A stretch of 64,000 bases of DNA from Desulfobacterales bacterium (GCA_963674755.2 CAXXVS010000002.1:1312001-1376000), one strand, 5' to 3'. Shown: positions 10,387-21,857, counted from the first letter of the stretch. Translations and numbers: made by a program. The notes: generated by a model not told the origin, from the letters alone.

Positions 10387-11181
10387 ATGTTGCTCGTTGC
10401 CGACAATCTGCAAATCACACATCCGGATATGGCGGAGGCGATACGGCACCACCGGCCGGAGCCCATCCGATCGTGGGTAACCCGCCTTGAGGCCGCCGGT
10501 GCCCAGGCCGTCGATTTGAATACCGGTCCCCTGGGTCGCAATGCGGCGGAAGATATGGCCTTCTGTGTCACCGCGGTGCAGTCTGCAACGGATCTACCCG
10601 TCCTGATCGACACGGCCAACCCTTTGGCCATGCGAGCCGGCCTTGAGGCCAACCGTAAAACCGTTGTTATCAACGGCATCTCCCTGGAGCGCCAAAAATT
10701 GGAGGCCATCCTGCCGCTGGCCATTGAATACGATGTGGATGTCATCGCCTATCTTCTGGATGAACGCAGCCGGGTACCGTTGCAGTTTGATGAACGGCTG
10801 TCCCTGGCTCTTGACCTCTTCCAGCGCTGTCAAGCCGCCGGACTGCGGCGGGAGCAGCTCATTTTTGATCCGGTGGTGGCCCCCCTGATCTGGGAAGACG
10901 GATTGCAGCGCAATCGTGATCTTCTGGAAATCATCCGCCGCCTTCCGGAACTTTTGGATGGTCCTGTGCGCACCATTGCCGGCCTCTCCAACCTGACCAG
11001 CGGGCCGGGCCCTTCCCAGGCCAAACAGCACCTGGAGCAATCTTTTGTAGGCATGCTGGCAGCTTCCGGCCTCTCCTGGCTGCTGTTGAATATGCACCAC
11101 CGGGAGACCGTCGCCGTCGTGCGCAACTGCCGTCTGCTGCTGACCGAACAGCTCTTCTCCTGGCAAAGCGTATTCTCTTAG
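10387..11181 (+). CDS. pterin-binding TIM barrel, AcsE/MeTr-like methyltetrahydrofolate methyltransferase
   Basis: GAQAVDLNTGP, VLIDT, VIN, LIFDP, TIAGLSN match the MeTr/MetH folate-binding motifs. Confidence 0.82.
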   Translation: MLLVADNLQITHPDMAEAIRHHRPEPIRSWVTRLEAAGAQAVDLNTGPLGRNAAEDMAFCVTAVQSATDLPVLIDTANPLAMRAGLEANRKTVVINGISLERQKLEAILPLAIEYDVDVIAYLLDERSRVPLQFDERLSLALDLFQRCQAAGLRREQLIFDPVVAPLIWEDGLQRNRDLLEIIRRLPELLDGPVRTIAGLSNLTSGPGPSQAKQHLEQSFVGMLAASGLSWLLLNMHHRETVAVVRNCRLLLTEQLFSWQSVFS

Positions 11182-11226
11182 GCGCCGCGCAATAGGCGAT
11201 CGACAGTGGATAGGCGCCTCAGGGGT

Positions 11227-11502
11227 TTAGTCGTCCTGGGCTGGTCCGTGGATGGCCGCTTCGGCCGCTTCAAATTCGCGGGTAATGGCCTGGGTCATTT
11301 CAGCTGCGGCCTTTAAGCGCTGCGCTGCTTCCGGAAACCCCATCCCCTCGACCTTGCGGGCCCAATCGCGGTAGTTGTCAGCATGGTCATCGTTGTGATG
11401 GATCCAGTGGTGAAGAAGCTTGAGGACTTTTTCCTTGTCGGTGAGTCCCCCTTCGATAGGGGCGGAAGAATGGGAATGATCGTGCTGATGATGATGGCTC
11501 AT
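11227..11502 (-). CDS. small His-rich hypothetical protein, possible metal binder
   Basis: MSHHHQHDHSH N-terminus and HHWIHHNDDH motif; AAGGAG RBS. Confidence 0.8.
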   Translation of the reverse strand: MSHHHQHDHSHSSAPIEGGLTDKEKVLKLLHHWIHHNDDHADNYRDWARKVEGMGFPEAAQRLKAAAEMTQAITREFEAAEAAIHGPAQDD

Positions 11503-11692
11503 GAAGCAGGTCTCCTTTTAGGGTTTTTCCGGTGATTCCCATACACCGATGCGGGTGGTGCGTCAACGCCGGATTGGGGCGAAACCACAACACACATTAC
11601 CGGAGACCCGCACAGGCGCATGGTTTTCCGTACGCCCGGTGACCTATTGACTTCGCCCTGGCAACCTTTCGACCCGGACGGATTTTTCGCCC

Positions 11693-12763
11693 TTACGAAT
11701 AGATAATGTTGCAGACCAGGGGCGGATACTTCCACACCCCCGGCTTGGGAAGAATGTGTTGACCGGCGACCGTCAACCAGGACAGATCGGGTTTCATTTC
11801 TCTAAGCTTCCCGTCATCCGGGGGACGCGCCTGGTCGGTCGGCAGGTAGGTGGCCTGAAAAATGCAGACCCCTTTGTTGCGCTGCTTGAAGATGACATAG
11901 TTTTTGGAAAAGGTCTGAATGGAAATCCGGTTGGCCGTGGCCAAGTTTTGCATCTCTTCCTTGGTTAGCTCCATCAGCACGGCCTTTGAAACGCCCCGCT
12001 CGGATATTCTTATCAACCCGCGCGTTTCGCTGCTTCCGGCATAGACCGTGGAAATACAGGACAGCTGCCGCAAATATTGCATCGCCACAACGGCGGCCGT
12101 GCGACGGCCGCCGGCCATCACGGGCAGGCCGTAAAACTCAAAGAATTTCTTTTGCAGATCCTCGGCATATTTTTCGCCACGTTCGAAGATGTCTTTTGAA
12201 ATATAACGCAAGTCACGAGCCAGGCTTTCGGCGGCTTCGATAATCGGCCAGTCCACCCGCACGTGAAAGTGGGTCAGGCTGTAGCGATTGCGGGCTTTGG
12301 TGGCGGGATCACGCTGGATGAGGAGCGCGTAGTCCACCGGCAAAAGTGCTTTGATGAACATGGGAAACTGGAGCGACTCCAGATATTTGTGGTTACGATC
12401 GAATTTGTTGGACAAGGGCAGGGTCTTGGAAGACAACAGGTTGGACTTGTTGGTTTTATTTAGGTCGAAAAAACGGATGTACTTTTTATGCTCCGGTGGA
12501 ATCGTATCTTCCACGAACAGCACCAGAAAAGCATTCTGGCATTCATACTCGACATCGGGAATGCGCGCACGCGGTTTCAATTCCCGCTTTTCGACAAAAG
12601 GGAAGGCCACTTTGCTGGCCTGAAAGCGCGTATAGGAATCGATGAGGGCATACTGCAGCATCAACGCATCCAGCTCGTCACGCAACAATTCATAGTAGGA
12701 TCGCCGCAGCCGGTTCTCACCGCTCAGCTCTTCTCTAACTTTCCAGAATGTCACTGGACCCAC
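11693..12763 (-). CDS. hypothetical protein (356 aa)
   Basis: Long ORF with globular-protein composition filling the gap between neighbours; no recognised motif; start uncertain. Confidence 0.8.
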   Translation of the reverse strand: MGPVTFWKVREELSGENRLRRSYYELLRDELDALMLQYALIDSYTRFQASKVAFPFVEKRELKPRARIPDVEYECQNAFLVLFVEDTIPPEHKKYIRFFDLNKTNKSNLLSSKTLPLSNKFDRNHKYLESLQFPMFIKALLPVDYALLIQRDPATKARNRYSLTHFHVRVDWPIIEAAESLARDLRYISKDIFERGEKYAEDLQKKFFEFYGLPVMAGGRRTAAVVAMQYLRQLSCISTVYAGSSETRGLIRISERGVSKAVLMELTKEEMQNLATANRISIQTFSKNYVIFKQRNKGVCIFQATYLPTDQARPPDDGKLREMKPDLSWLTVAGQHILPKPGVWKYPPLVCNIIYS

Positions 12764-12891
12764 CCGTTCCGTGGAAATGACAACCGGGTATCATGGCAGG
12801 GACCCGGTCGGCGATGGTCATGATCAGCAGGCAAGTATGGTGTCAGGCAAGTGTGTCGTTTTTCCTTAAATACCATTTATTTAAGGGTGCG

Positions 12892-13614
12892 TCAACGGTG
12901 CCGCTGGTCGCTATTGTTCATTTTTGCGATCCACGCGTACAGCCGTTCGCGATAGCGATAGCCCAGCAGGATACCCAAGCCGCATACGCCGAGGATGATC
13001 ACAAAGACGCCATACATGCGCTCGAACAACATGGCGCCCTGCAGGCTGAGCATGAGCGTGCCCGGCATTCTGCCGAAGGTCGCCATCAGTAAAAACAGCT
13101 TGAGGGGCATAGCGGTCACGCCCAAGAAAAGGCAAAGGTAGTCTTTGGGAAATCCGGGGAAGATAAACAGCAGCACAATGACAAGGGCGCCATTGTGGGT
13201 CACCATCTGATCCATTTGCTGCCGTTGGGCGGCAGGGATCACCCTCCGAATAAATCGTCGTCCCAGAAACCGCCCGATCATGAAATTGATCAGCGAACCA
13301 ATGGCCAGGCTGATGCTCGAATAGACAAACCCTTTCAGCGCACCAAAAAGATAACCGCCGATAAAGCCGGTGGCTTCTCCCGGAATGGGGGCGAGAACCA
13401 CCTGCGCGATTTGAATAGCCATGAATACGAGCGGCGCCCAGGGACCTGAAGCCAGGATAAAGGCCTGAATCTTCTCCCGGTCGATCATCAGGTGGTAGGC
13501 TGCCGTCAAGGCCTGCAGGAGAGGTGCACGGAAGATAACAGTGAAAACGCCCAGCAACAGGACAAGCATTGCCAGGACCAGGGTGACGCGTTTGGGAGGG
13601 CGGTATATGGCCAT
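12892..13614 (-). CDS. TVP38/TMEM64 (DedA/VTT) membrane protein
   Basis: QVVLAPIPGE, GYLFG, IGRFLGR, FIFPGFPKDYLC, GRMPG motifs; multiple TM segments. Confidence 0.9.
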   Translation of the reverse strand: MAIYRPPKRVTLVLAMLVLLLGVFTVIFRAPLLQALTAAYHLMIDREKIQAFILASGPWAPLVFMAIQIAQVVLAPIPGEATGFIGGYLFGALKGFVYSSISLAIGSLINFMIGRFLGRRFIRRVIPAAQRQQMDQMVTHNGALVIVLLFIFPGFPKDYLCLFLGVTAMPLKLFLLMATFGRMPGTLMLSLQGAMLFERMYGVFVIILGVCGLGILLGYRYRERLYAWIAKMNNSDQRHR

Positions 13615-13689
13615 GGGCGTCTCTATGTCGATCCACTGATCGGAATGCGGCTTTGGCGCACCACCGTCAGGGGCTGGAGGAAGGCCGCA

Positions 13690-13986
13690 TCAATGTTTGG
13701 GCGTTGGGTGCCCGGAAGCGGAAGATGGCTTTTCCTGGCGTTTCTGATGGAGGGCTTTCTTGCGCGACCAGCGTTCGAAAAAGCCCATCATGCCGGCCTC
13801 GTATGCACGGTCCACTTTCTCCTCCCGCACCTGGACCGCTTCGGCCGTTTGCATGGCGGTCCGCAGGCATTCGGTTTTGCAATAACATACCCGGCAGCTT
13901 TCCGGCGTTTCCCGAAGCCCGTCCGGGCCCATGGGGAAAACGCACTCCAGTTTGCTGAAACAATAAGGACGTTCGTCACGTGTCAT
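13690..13986 (-). CDS. small Cys-rich hypothetical protein
   Basis: YCFSKLECVFP...PESCRVCYCKTECLR; GAGGTG RBS upstream of ATG 13986. Confidence 0.75.
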   Translation of the reverse strand: MTRDERPYCFSKLECVFPMGPDGLRETPESCRVCYCKTECLRTAMQTAEAVQVREEKVDRAYEAGMMGFFERWSRKKALHQKRQEKPSSASGHPTPKH

Positions 13987-14023
13987 GCCACCTCGCTTCT
14001 GTTCCGTGGGAAAGGCCGGGCGG

Positions 14024-14746
14024 TCATGGCAACCCGGCTTCACTCCTCAATTCGGCCATCATACCGCTGTCCGCATAGCTGAAGTAGGTTCCCCCCCCGA
14101 TAATGATGTGTTCGTGGATCGTCAAGTCCATCAGGCGGCAGGCCTGGATGAGCCTGCGGGTCAGGGCCGAGTCTTCCGGTGAGGGGCGCGGATCGCCGGA
14201 AGGATGGTTGTGAACCAGAATGAGCGCAGCCGCATGATGATCCAAGGCGGCCCGGATAACTTCGCGGGGGTAGACGCTGCTGGCGGTCAAGGTGCCTTCG
14301 AAAAGGGTCTGAATGCCCAGGACCCGATTTTTAGCATCCAGAAAGAGCACTTTGAATTGTTCCCGTTTTTTATCCTTCAAACTCTGATAAAGATAATCGA
14401 AGAGGGTCGTGGAATTATGTACAACGGCACCGGCGGTAAGGCGCTTTTCCAGGTAGCGCTCGCAAACCGCCGGGATGAGTTTAATGCCGAACAGATTTTT
14501 AGGGCCGATGCCAGGAATCTCACAAAGGTCGCGCGGCGCGGCTTCGAACACCGCCGGCAGGCTGCCGAAGCGCTGCAAGGCGGCTTTGGCCGCCGGTTTG
14601 CAATCCCTGCGCGGTGTGGCCAGGGTGAGCAGGAGTTCGAGGACTTCATAATCGTGAAAGCCGCTCAGACCCGCAGCCAGAAATTTTTCCCGCAGCCGTC
14701 CACGATGGCCTTCGGCCGAAGAGCGGCCTGATTTCTTATCGACCAT
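14024..14746 (-). CDS. radC: RadC-family (UPF0758) HhH + JAB domain protein
   Basis: GHRGRLREKF, YEVLELLL, IPGIGP, VYPREV, HNHPSGDPRPSPED, HIIIG. Confidence 0.95.
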   Translation of the reverse strand: MVDKKSGRSSAEGHRGRLREKFLAAGLSGFHDYEVLELLLTLATPRRDCKPAAKAALQRFGSLPAVFEAAPRDLCEIPGIGPKNLFGIKLIPAVCERYLEKRLTAGAVVHNSTTLFDYLYQSLKDKKREQFKVLFLDAKNRVLGIQTLFEGTLTASSVYPREVIRAALDHHAAALILVHNHPSGDPRPSPEDSALTRRLIQACRLMDLTIHEHIIIGGGTYFSYADSGMMAELRSEAGLP

Positions 14747-14770
14747 GACAGCAACCTGCCCTATCAGGCC

Positions 14771-14897
14771 GTGGGCAAATGGCGCCTAAGGCCGGAATGC
14801 GGCGTTGCAGCCTTTGCTAAACGACGCTGCAACCCTGATGGTTGCAGCGCTTTTCGCATCGTGCCGCGCCTTGCCTTGCGACCTGTGGGTTATCCAC
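14771..14897. repeat. long intergenic imperfect palindrome (ERIC/REP-like element)
   Basis: Perfect inner stem CGCTGCAACC-CTGAT-GGTTGCAGCG (14825-14849) nested in GGCG...CGCC and GTGG...CCAC outer arms. Confidence 0.55.
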
Positions 14898-14926
14898 TAC
14901 CTGCGATCCCCAAGCGCCCGGCCACG

Positions 14927-15952
14927 CTATTCGATTTCCTGTTTGAGATCCCGCGTCATCAGCCGGTAGACCGCCTCCCGGGGGGAGGCGCCATCATAGA
15001 GAATATGATACATCTCATGGCAAATGGGCATCTCGACCCCCACCTCCCGCGACAGATTATAAACGGATTTGGCGGTCTTGACGCCCTCCGCCACCATCCG
15101 CATCTCGGAGAGAATTTCGTCCAGGCTGAGCCCTTCCCCGATCTTTTTGCCCACCGTGTGGTTGCGGCTCAGGTCGCCGGTACAGGTTAGAATCAGATCG
15201 CCGACGCCGGCGATGCCGGCCAGGGTGCGCTGATCCGCGCCCAAGCGGCTGCCGAGACGCTGGATCTCCACCAGACCCCGGGTAATCAGAGCGGCCCGCG
15301 TATTGAGCCCCAGCCCCAGACCGTCGATGACCCCGGCGGCGATGGCGATGATGTTCTTGACCGCCCCGCCCAATTCGACGCCGATCACGTCCTGGTTGGT
15401 ATAGACGCGAAAATAGGGGCTGGCGAAAACGTGCTGCACTTTTTCGGCGGTCGCCAGGCTGTGGCTGGCCGTCGTTATGACCGTGGGCGCCTGGCGCGCC
15501 ACTTCCCGGGCAAAGCTCGGACCGGAAAGAACGGCCAGTTGATCGGCGGATACTTGCGGCAGGGTTTCCCTGATAACCCCGGACATGGTCAGGTGGGTCT
15601 TGTTCTCGATACCCTTGGAAGCGGAGACGACAATCGTTTCCGCGCCGATCGCATCCGCCATGCGCAGGGTGGTCTCCCGCATGAGGTGGGAGGGCACCAC
15701 CAGCAGCACAAGATCTTTATGGGCCACGACAGCGTGCAAATCGTTGCTGGGGTGCACATTGGGCGAGAGGGACACCCCCGGCAAAAACACCTTGTTCTCA
15801 TGGTGTTTCTCGATCTGCCGGCAGACCTCGGGTTCGAAAACCCACAAATCCAGTGGATAGCCTTGGCCCCCCAGGAGATTAGCCAGGGCGGTCCCCCAGC
15901 TGCCGGCCCCGACCACGCCGATTTTCATATTCTGATCGATCTCACTGTTCAT
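14927..15952 (-). CDS. gpsA: NAD(P)H-dependent glycerol-3-phosphate dehydrogenase
   Basis: GAGSWGTALA, SKGIE, LSGPSFAREV, GGAVKNIIAIAAG, GDLILTC, SRN. Confidence 0.97.
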   Translation of the reverse strand: MNSEIDQNMKIGVVGAGSWGTALANLLGGQGYPLDLWVFEPEVCRQIEKHHENKVFLPGVSLSPNVHPSNDLHAVVAHKDLVLLVVPSHLMRETTLRMADAIGAETIVVSASKGIENKTHLTMSGVIRETLPQVSADQLAVLSGPSFAREVARQAPTVITTASHSLATAEKVQHVFASPYFRVYTNQDVIGVELGGAVKNIIAIAAGVIDGLGLGLNTRAALITRGLVEIQRLGSRLGADQRTLAGIAGVGDLILTCTGDLSRNHTVGKKIGEGLSLDEILSEMRMVAEGVKTAKSVYNLSREVGVEMPICHEMYHILYDGASPREAVYRLMTRDLKQEIE

Positions 15953-15983
15953 GGTACACCTTGTCCGTTGAATTGCCGGTTAA

Positions 15984-18458
<2,475 letters not shown>

Positions 18459-18857
18459 AGGGTCGTTCCTTGGTCTATCCGAAAAAACGTTAAGCCGAGA
18501 GGGTCGTGCTATCGTAAAATAAGGCAAACGCCGGCCACAAACCGACCGCCTGCAGACTTTCCCGTTTGGCTGAACCGTTGTTGTCGAAGGTTAGCGGACG
18601 CTGCAAAAGCCAGTGTCGGGCGGGAAGGCATCATCGGGTAAGGATGCCACAAAGGCAGGATGTGGCCGATCCATTCTTTTCTTTTCAGGTGCGGGGAACC
18701 CATAGCCGACAGCCATTGCGTGACAACCACCGATAACACCGGGACGACAGATAAAAGAGGGCCACGGCCCTCCCTGCGGCTTCCAAGCCTTCCGGGCGGT
18801 CGCGGCCTTGCGTGTCATCTGTGGGGTTGCATTGCAGCAAGACGTCCCGGGGACGCT

Positions 18858-19016
18858 TTACTTGCTCACAAAGGCGCCGAAAAGGAGCAGCAAAAGGACC
18901 TCGTAAACCCCGACGGCGAGATAAGATGCGCCGCTGAGCGCATAAACGATACCACCACCGACAATTACCGGTACGCCGCAAAAAACCATGATCCCCAATT
19001 TTCTTGCAATGTCCAT
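18858..19016 (-). CDS. small two-TM membrane protein
   Basis: MDIARKLGIMVFCGVPVIVGGGIVY...; two hydrophobic segments; AAGGAG RBS. Confidence 0.65.
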   Translation of the reverse strand: MDIARKLGIMVFCGVPVIVGGGIVYALSGASYLAVGVYEVLLLLLFGAFVSK

Positions 19017-19150
19017 CTCGGCCGATCTCCTTGGGTTTCCTTTCATCCGGGATTGTGGTTTGGACGATCCCGGGCCGTGGGTCGCAACCCTTCATCCTAC
19101 TGCTAAAAGCAAGGAATCATTAGCAGATACGTCTTCCAAAGTAAAGTGCT

Positions 19151-19193
19151 AAAAGTGCGCGGCAGGGGCTTGCGAAGACTTTGCACCTGCCGC
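19151..19193 (-). terminator. probable intrinsic terminator of thiolase gene
   Basis: GCGGCAGG (19159-19166) pairs with CCTGCCGC (19186-19193); followed on the minus strand by GCACTTTT, just after the thiolase stop. Confidence 0.5.
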
Positions 19194-19202
19194 CTTCAAT
19201 CC

Positions 19203-20489
19203 CTATCGTTCGATCACCATGGCCATCCCCATGCCGCCGCCGATGCACATGCTGATCAGGGCGGAAGCATACCCTTTACGCTGCATCTGGTGGATGGCCG
19301 TGACCATTTGGCGGGCGCCCGTACACCCAATGGGATGGCCGATGGAAATGCCGCTGCCGAGCTCGTTGGGGCGCTCTTCGGGCAGCTTGAGCTCCCGGCA
19401 ACAGGCAATCGCCTGGGAGGCGAAGGCCTCGTTGAGCTCGACCATATCAAGGTCGCCGATCTGCATGCCCTGGCTTTTCAAAACCTTGCGTACCGCCGGG
19501 ACCGGTCCCAACCCCATATAAGCCGGATCGAGCCCGCCGGAGGCAAAGGCCTTGATTTCAGCCACAGGCGTCAGCCCGAGGGCTTGGGCCTTTTCCCGCG
19601 CCATGAGCACCACTGCGGCCGCTGCATCATTAATTCCGGAAGCATTTCCAGCGGTTACCGTTCCATCCTTACGGAACACGGGCCGCAACTTGGCCATCTT
19701 TTCCACCGTGGTGTCCATGGGACGCTCGTCGATCTGGAAAAGGTCCTCGCCCTTGCGGCTCTTCAATACCACCGGAACGATTTCCTGGGCGAAGAGGCCG
19801 TCCACGATGGCCTGGCGGGCGCGCGCATGACTCAAGGCGCCTAGCGCATCCTGTTCTTCCCGGGTGATGCCGTAACGCTCGGCGATATTTTCGGCGGTCA
19901 CCCCCATATGGTAGCCATAAAAAATTTCGTACAATCCGTCGAAAACCATGAGATCGGTAACGTCCCCGGTCCCGGTGACTTCCATCCGGTAACCCCAGCG
20001 GGCCTTGGGAAGGGCCATGGGCACCTGGCTCATATTCTCCATCCCGCCGGCAATGATCACCTCGGCCTGCCCGGTGGCGATGCTGGCGGCCCCCAGAGCG
20101 ATGGCCTTCAGTCCTGACCCGCAAACCTTGTTGATCGTAAAGGCCGGCGTCTCCTTGGGGATCCCCGCCCTGACCATGGCCTGGCGGGCCGTGTTCTGCC
20201 CCTGCCCGGCCTGCAGCACGTTGCCCATGACCACTTCATCCACGGTTACCGCCTGCGCGGTGTCCGGCCAGTCCTGATAGCGCTGCTCCAATTCAAGCGG
20301 GCTGCTCTCACGCAGGGCATCCGGAGACACTTCTTCCATAACCGAACTGACCACCGGCTTGAGGTCGAGACGCTGCAGGGCCTCACGGATGACAAGAGCG
20401 CCCAGATCCACCACCGGGGTATTTTTAAGAGATCCTCCGAAAGCGCCCACCGCAGTGCGCACCCCCCCCACAATGACCACATCTTTCAT
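19203..20489 (-). CDS. acetyl-CoA C-acetyltransferase (thiolase)
   Basis: NKVCGSG, GGMENMS, TAGNASGINDAAA, NEAF, GHPIGCTG, CIGGGMG; GGAGG RBS. Confidence 0.96.
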   Translation of the reverse strand: MKDVVIVGGVRTAVGAFGGSLKNTPVVDLGALVIREALQRLDLKPVVSSVMEEVSPDALRESSPLELEQRYQDWPDTAQAVTVDEVVMGNVLQAGQGQNTARQAMVRAGIPKETPAFTINKVCGSGLKAIALGAASIATGQAEVIIAGGMENMSQVPMALPKARWGYRMEVTGTGDVTDLMVFDGLYEIFYGYHMGVTAENIAERYGITREEQDALGALSHARARQAIVDGLFAQEIVPVVLKSRKGEDLFQIDERPMDTTVEKMAKLRPVFRKDGTVTAGNASGINDAAAAVVLMAREKAQALGLTPVAEIKAFASGGLDPAYMGLGPVPAVRKVLKSQGMQIGDLDMVELNEAFASQAIACCRELKLPEERPNELGSGISIGHPIGCTGARQMVTAIHQMQRKGYASALISMCIGGGMGMAMVIER

Positions 20490-20594
20490 GAAATCGCCTC
20501 CTTGCTTGAATTTTGCCATGCTCTGCTATAGGTTGACGTATAAGAACCGTTCACGCTACCATCGCCTTCTCGCTGAGGTCAAATCAAAATCGTT

Positions 20595-21374
20595 ATGTGC
20601 CTGATCGTCTTTGCCTACCGTGTCCACCCCTCGTTTCCCGTGATCATCGCCGCCAACCGGGACGAATTTTATGCCCGCCCGACCGCGGCTATGGGGGAAT
20701 GGGCGGATGCGCCGCAGATTGTAGCCGGACGCGATCTCGAGGGGGGCGGGACATGGATGGGCATCAGCCGGGAGGGGTGCCTGGCCGCCCTCACCAACTA
20801 CCGCGAACCCGGCCGCCTGCGAAGCGACGCACCGTCCCGCGGTCATTTGGTGAGTGATTTCCTGAGGGGGGAAGCAAATCTTAACCGATACATTGATGAA
20901 ATATCTTTAACATCCCAGGATTACAACGGATACAATATATTATTATCCGATGGAAGCCGCTGGGTGTATGTTTCCAATCGAAGCCCTGCCCCCCGCGAAC
21001 TGCCCCCGGGCATCTATGGCCTGAGCAACCACCTGCTCAACACCCCATGGCCTAAAGTCCGGCGAAGCCGCATCGCCGTCGAACACCTGTTGGCATCCGC
21101 AAGCCCGCCTACCATCCCGCCCCTTATGGACATATTGCAGGATCGTACGGTGCCGCCGGATGCGGCCCTGCCCCGCACCGGGGTCGGGCTTGAATGGGAG
21201 CGGCGCTTGGGATCGATTTTCATTCACAGCGCCATCTACGGCACCCGTTCCTCGACCGTGCTGCTCCTGGATCGTGAGGGCACAGCGCAGATTTGCGAAC
21301 GCACCTTTGATGTTAACGGCTTCGTCGGTCAGGTCGACTACACCCTCCACTTGCCGGAGCCGCACGGGGGCTGA
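20595..21374 (+). CDS. NRDE/TANGO2 family protein
   Basis: MCL N-terminus, ANRDEFYARP, GRDLEGGGTW, LTNYRE, SRG, GLSN, YGTRSST. Confidence 0.93.
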   Translation: MCLIVFAYRVHPSFPVIIAANRDEFYARPTAAMGEWADAPQIVAGRDLEGGGTWMGISREGCLAALTNYREPGRLRSDAPSRGHLVSDFLRGEANLNRYIDEISLTSQDYNGYNILLSDGSRWVYVSNRSPAPRELPPGIYGLSNHLLNTPWPKVRRSRIAVEHLLASASPPTIPPLMDILQDRTVPPDAALPRTGVGLEWERRLGSIFIHSAIYGTRSSTVLLLDREGTAQICERTFDVNGFVGQVDYTLHLPEPHGG

Positions 21375-21404
21375 AGGAAAATCCGCCTCTGCCATTCAGG
21401 CGAA

Positions 21405-21857
21405 TCACTCGGTATCGGTCTGGCGCACGATCATTACCGAACAGGGCGCTTTCTGGGAAACCCGTTTCGTCACGCTGCCGAAAAGCACCAGCCCCATCCC
21501 GGATAAGCCGTAGGATCCCATGATCACCAGATCCGCCTGGCGCTCTTCGAGAAAGGCCAGAATCTCGGTCGAAACATGGCCGTCGAGCACCACATACTGG
21601 GACGTCAGTCCCCGGGAAGCCTCCGCATCATAGCGTTCCTGCATACGCTCCTGGATCTGCATCAAAAGCGTTTCGCGCGGCGGTTCCTCCGGGGGAATCC
21701 ATTCCGCTTCGGTGAGCACCGGATTGACCACCGGCGGCAGCACATGCACAATCGACAATTTCGCGCCATAGTGCCGTGACAGGTCGCAAGCCGCCGCAAC
21801 CGCTTTGTCGGCGTTTTCGGAAAAATCCGTACAGCAGACAATGGTTTTCATCTTCAT
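21405..21857 (-). CDS. universal stress protein
   Basis: CTDFSENA, ADLVIMGSYG, LFGSVTKRVSQKAPCSVMIV. Confidence 0.93.
   Translation of the reverse strand: MKMKTIVCCTDFSENADKAVAAACDLSRHYGAKLSIVHVLPPVVNPVLTEAEWIPPEEPPRETLLMQIQERMQERYDAEASRGLTSQYVVLDGHVSTEILAFLEERQADLVIMGSYGLSGMGLVLFGSVTKRVSQKAPCSVMIVRQTDTE

Noticed and set aside
11503..11692. Cobalamin, NiCo or c-di-GMP riboswitch upstream of the His-rich gene
   Set aside because: Only short fragments (GGGAA, GAAA) resemble consensus elements; no B12 box or complete aptamer architecture
14024..14746. radC as marker of a mobile or anti-restriction island
   Set aside because: It is the full-length HhH+JAB chromosomal form next to gpsA/gyrA, with no integrase or mobile genes nearby
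14890..14898. DnaA-box-like TTATCCACT (also TGTGGATAT near 25385) as a sign of oriC near gyrA
   Set aside because: Isolated single-mismatch boxes; no cluster, no unwinding element, no dnaA/dnaN/gyrB
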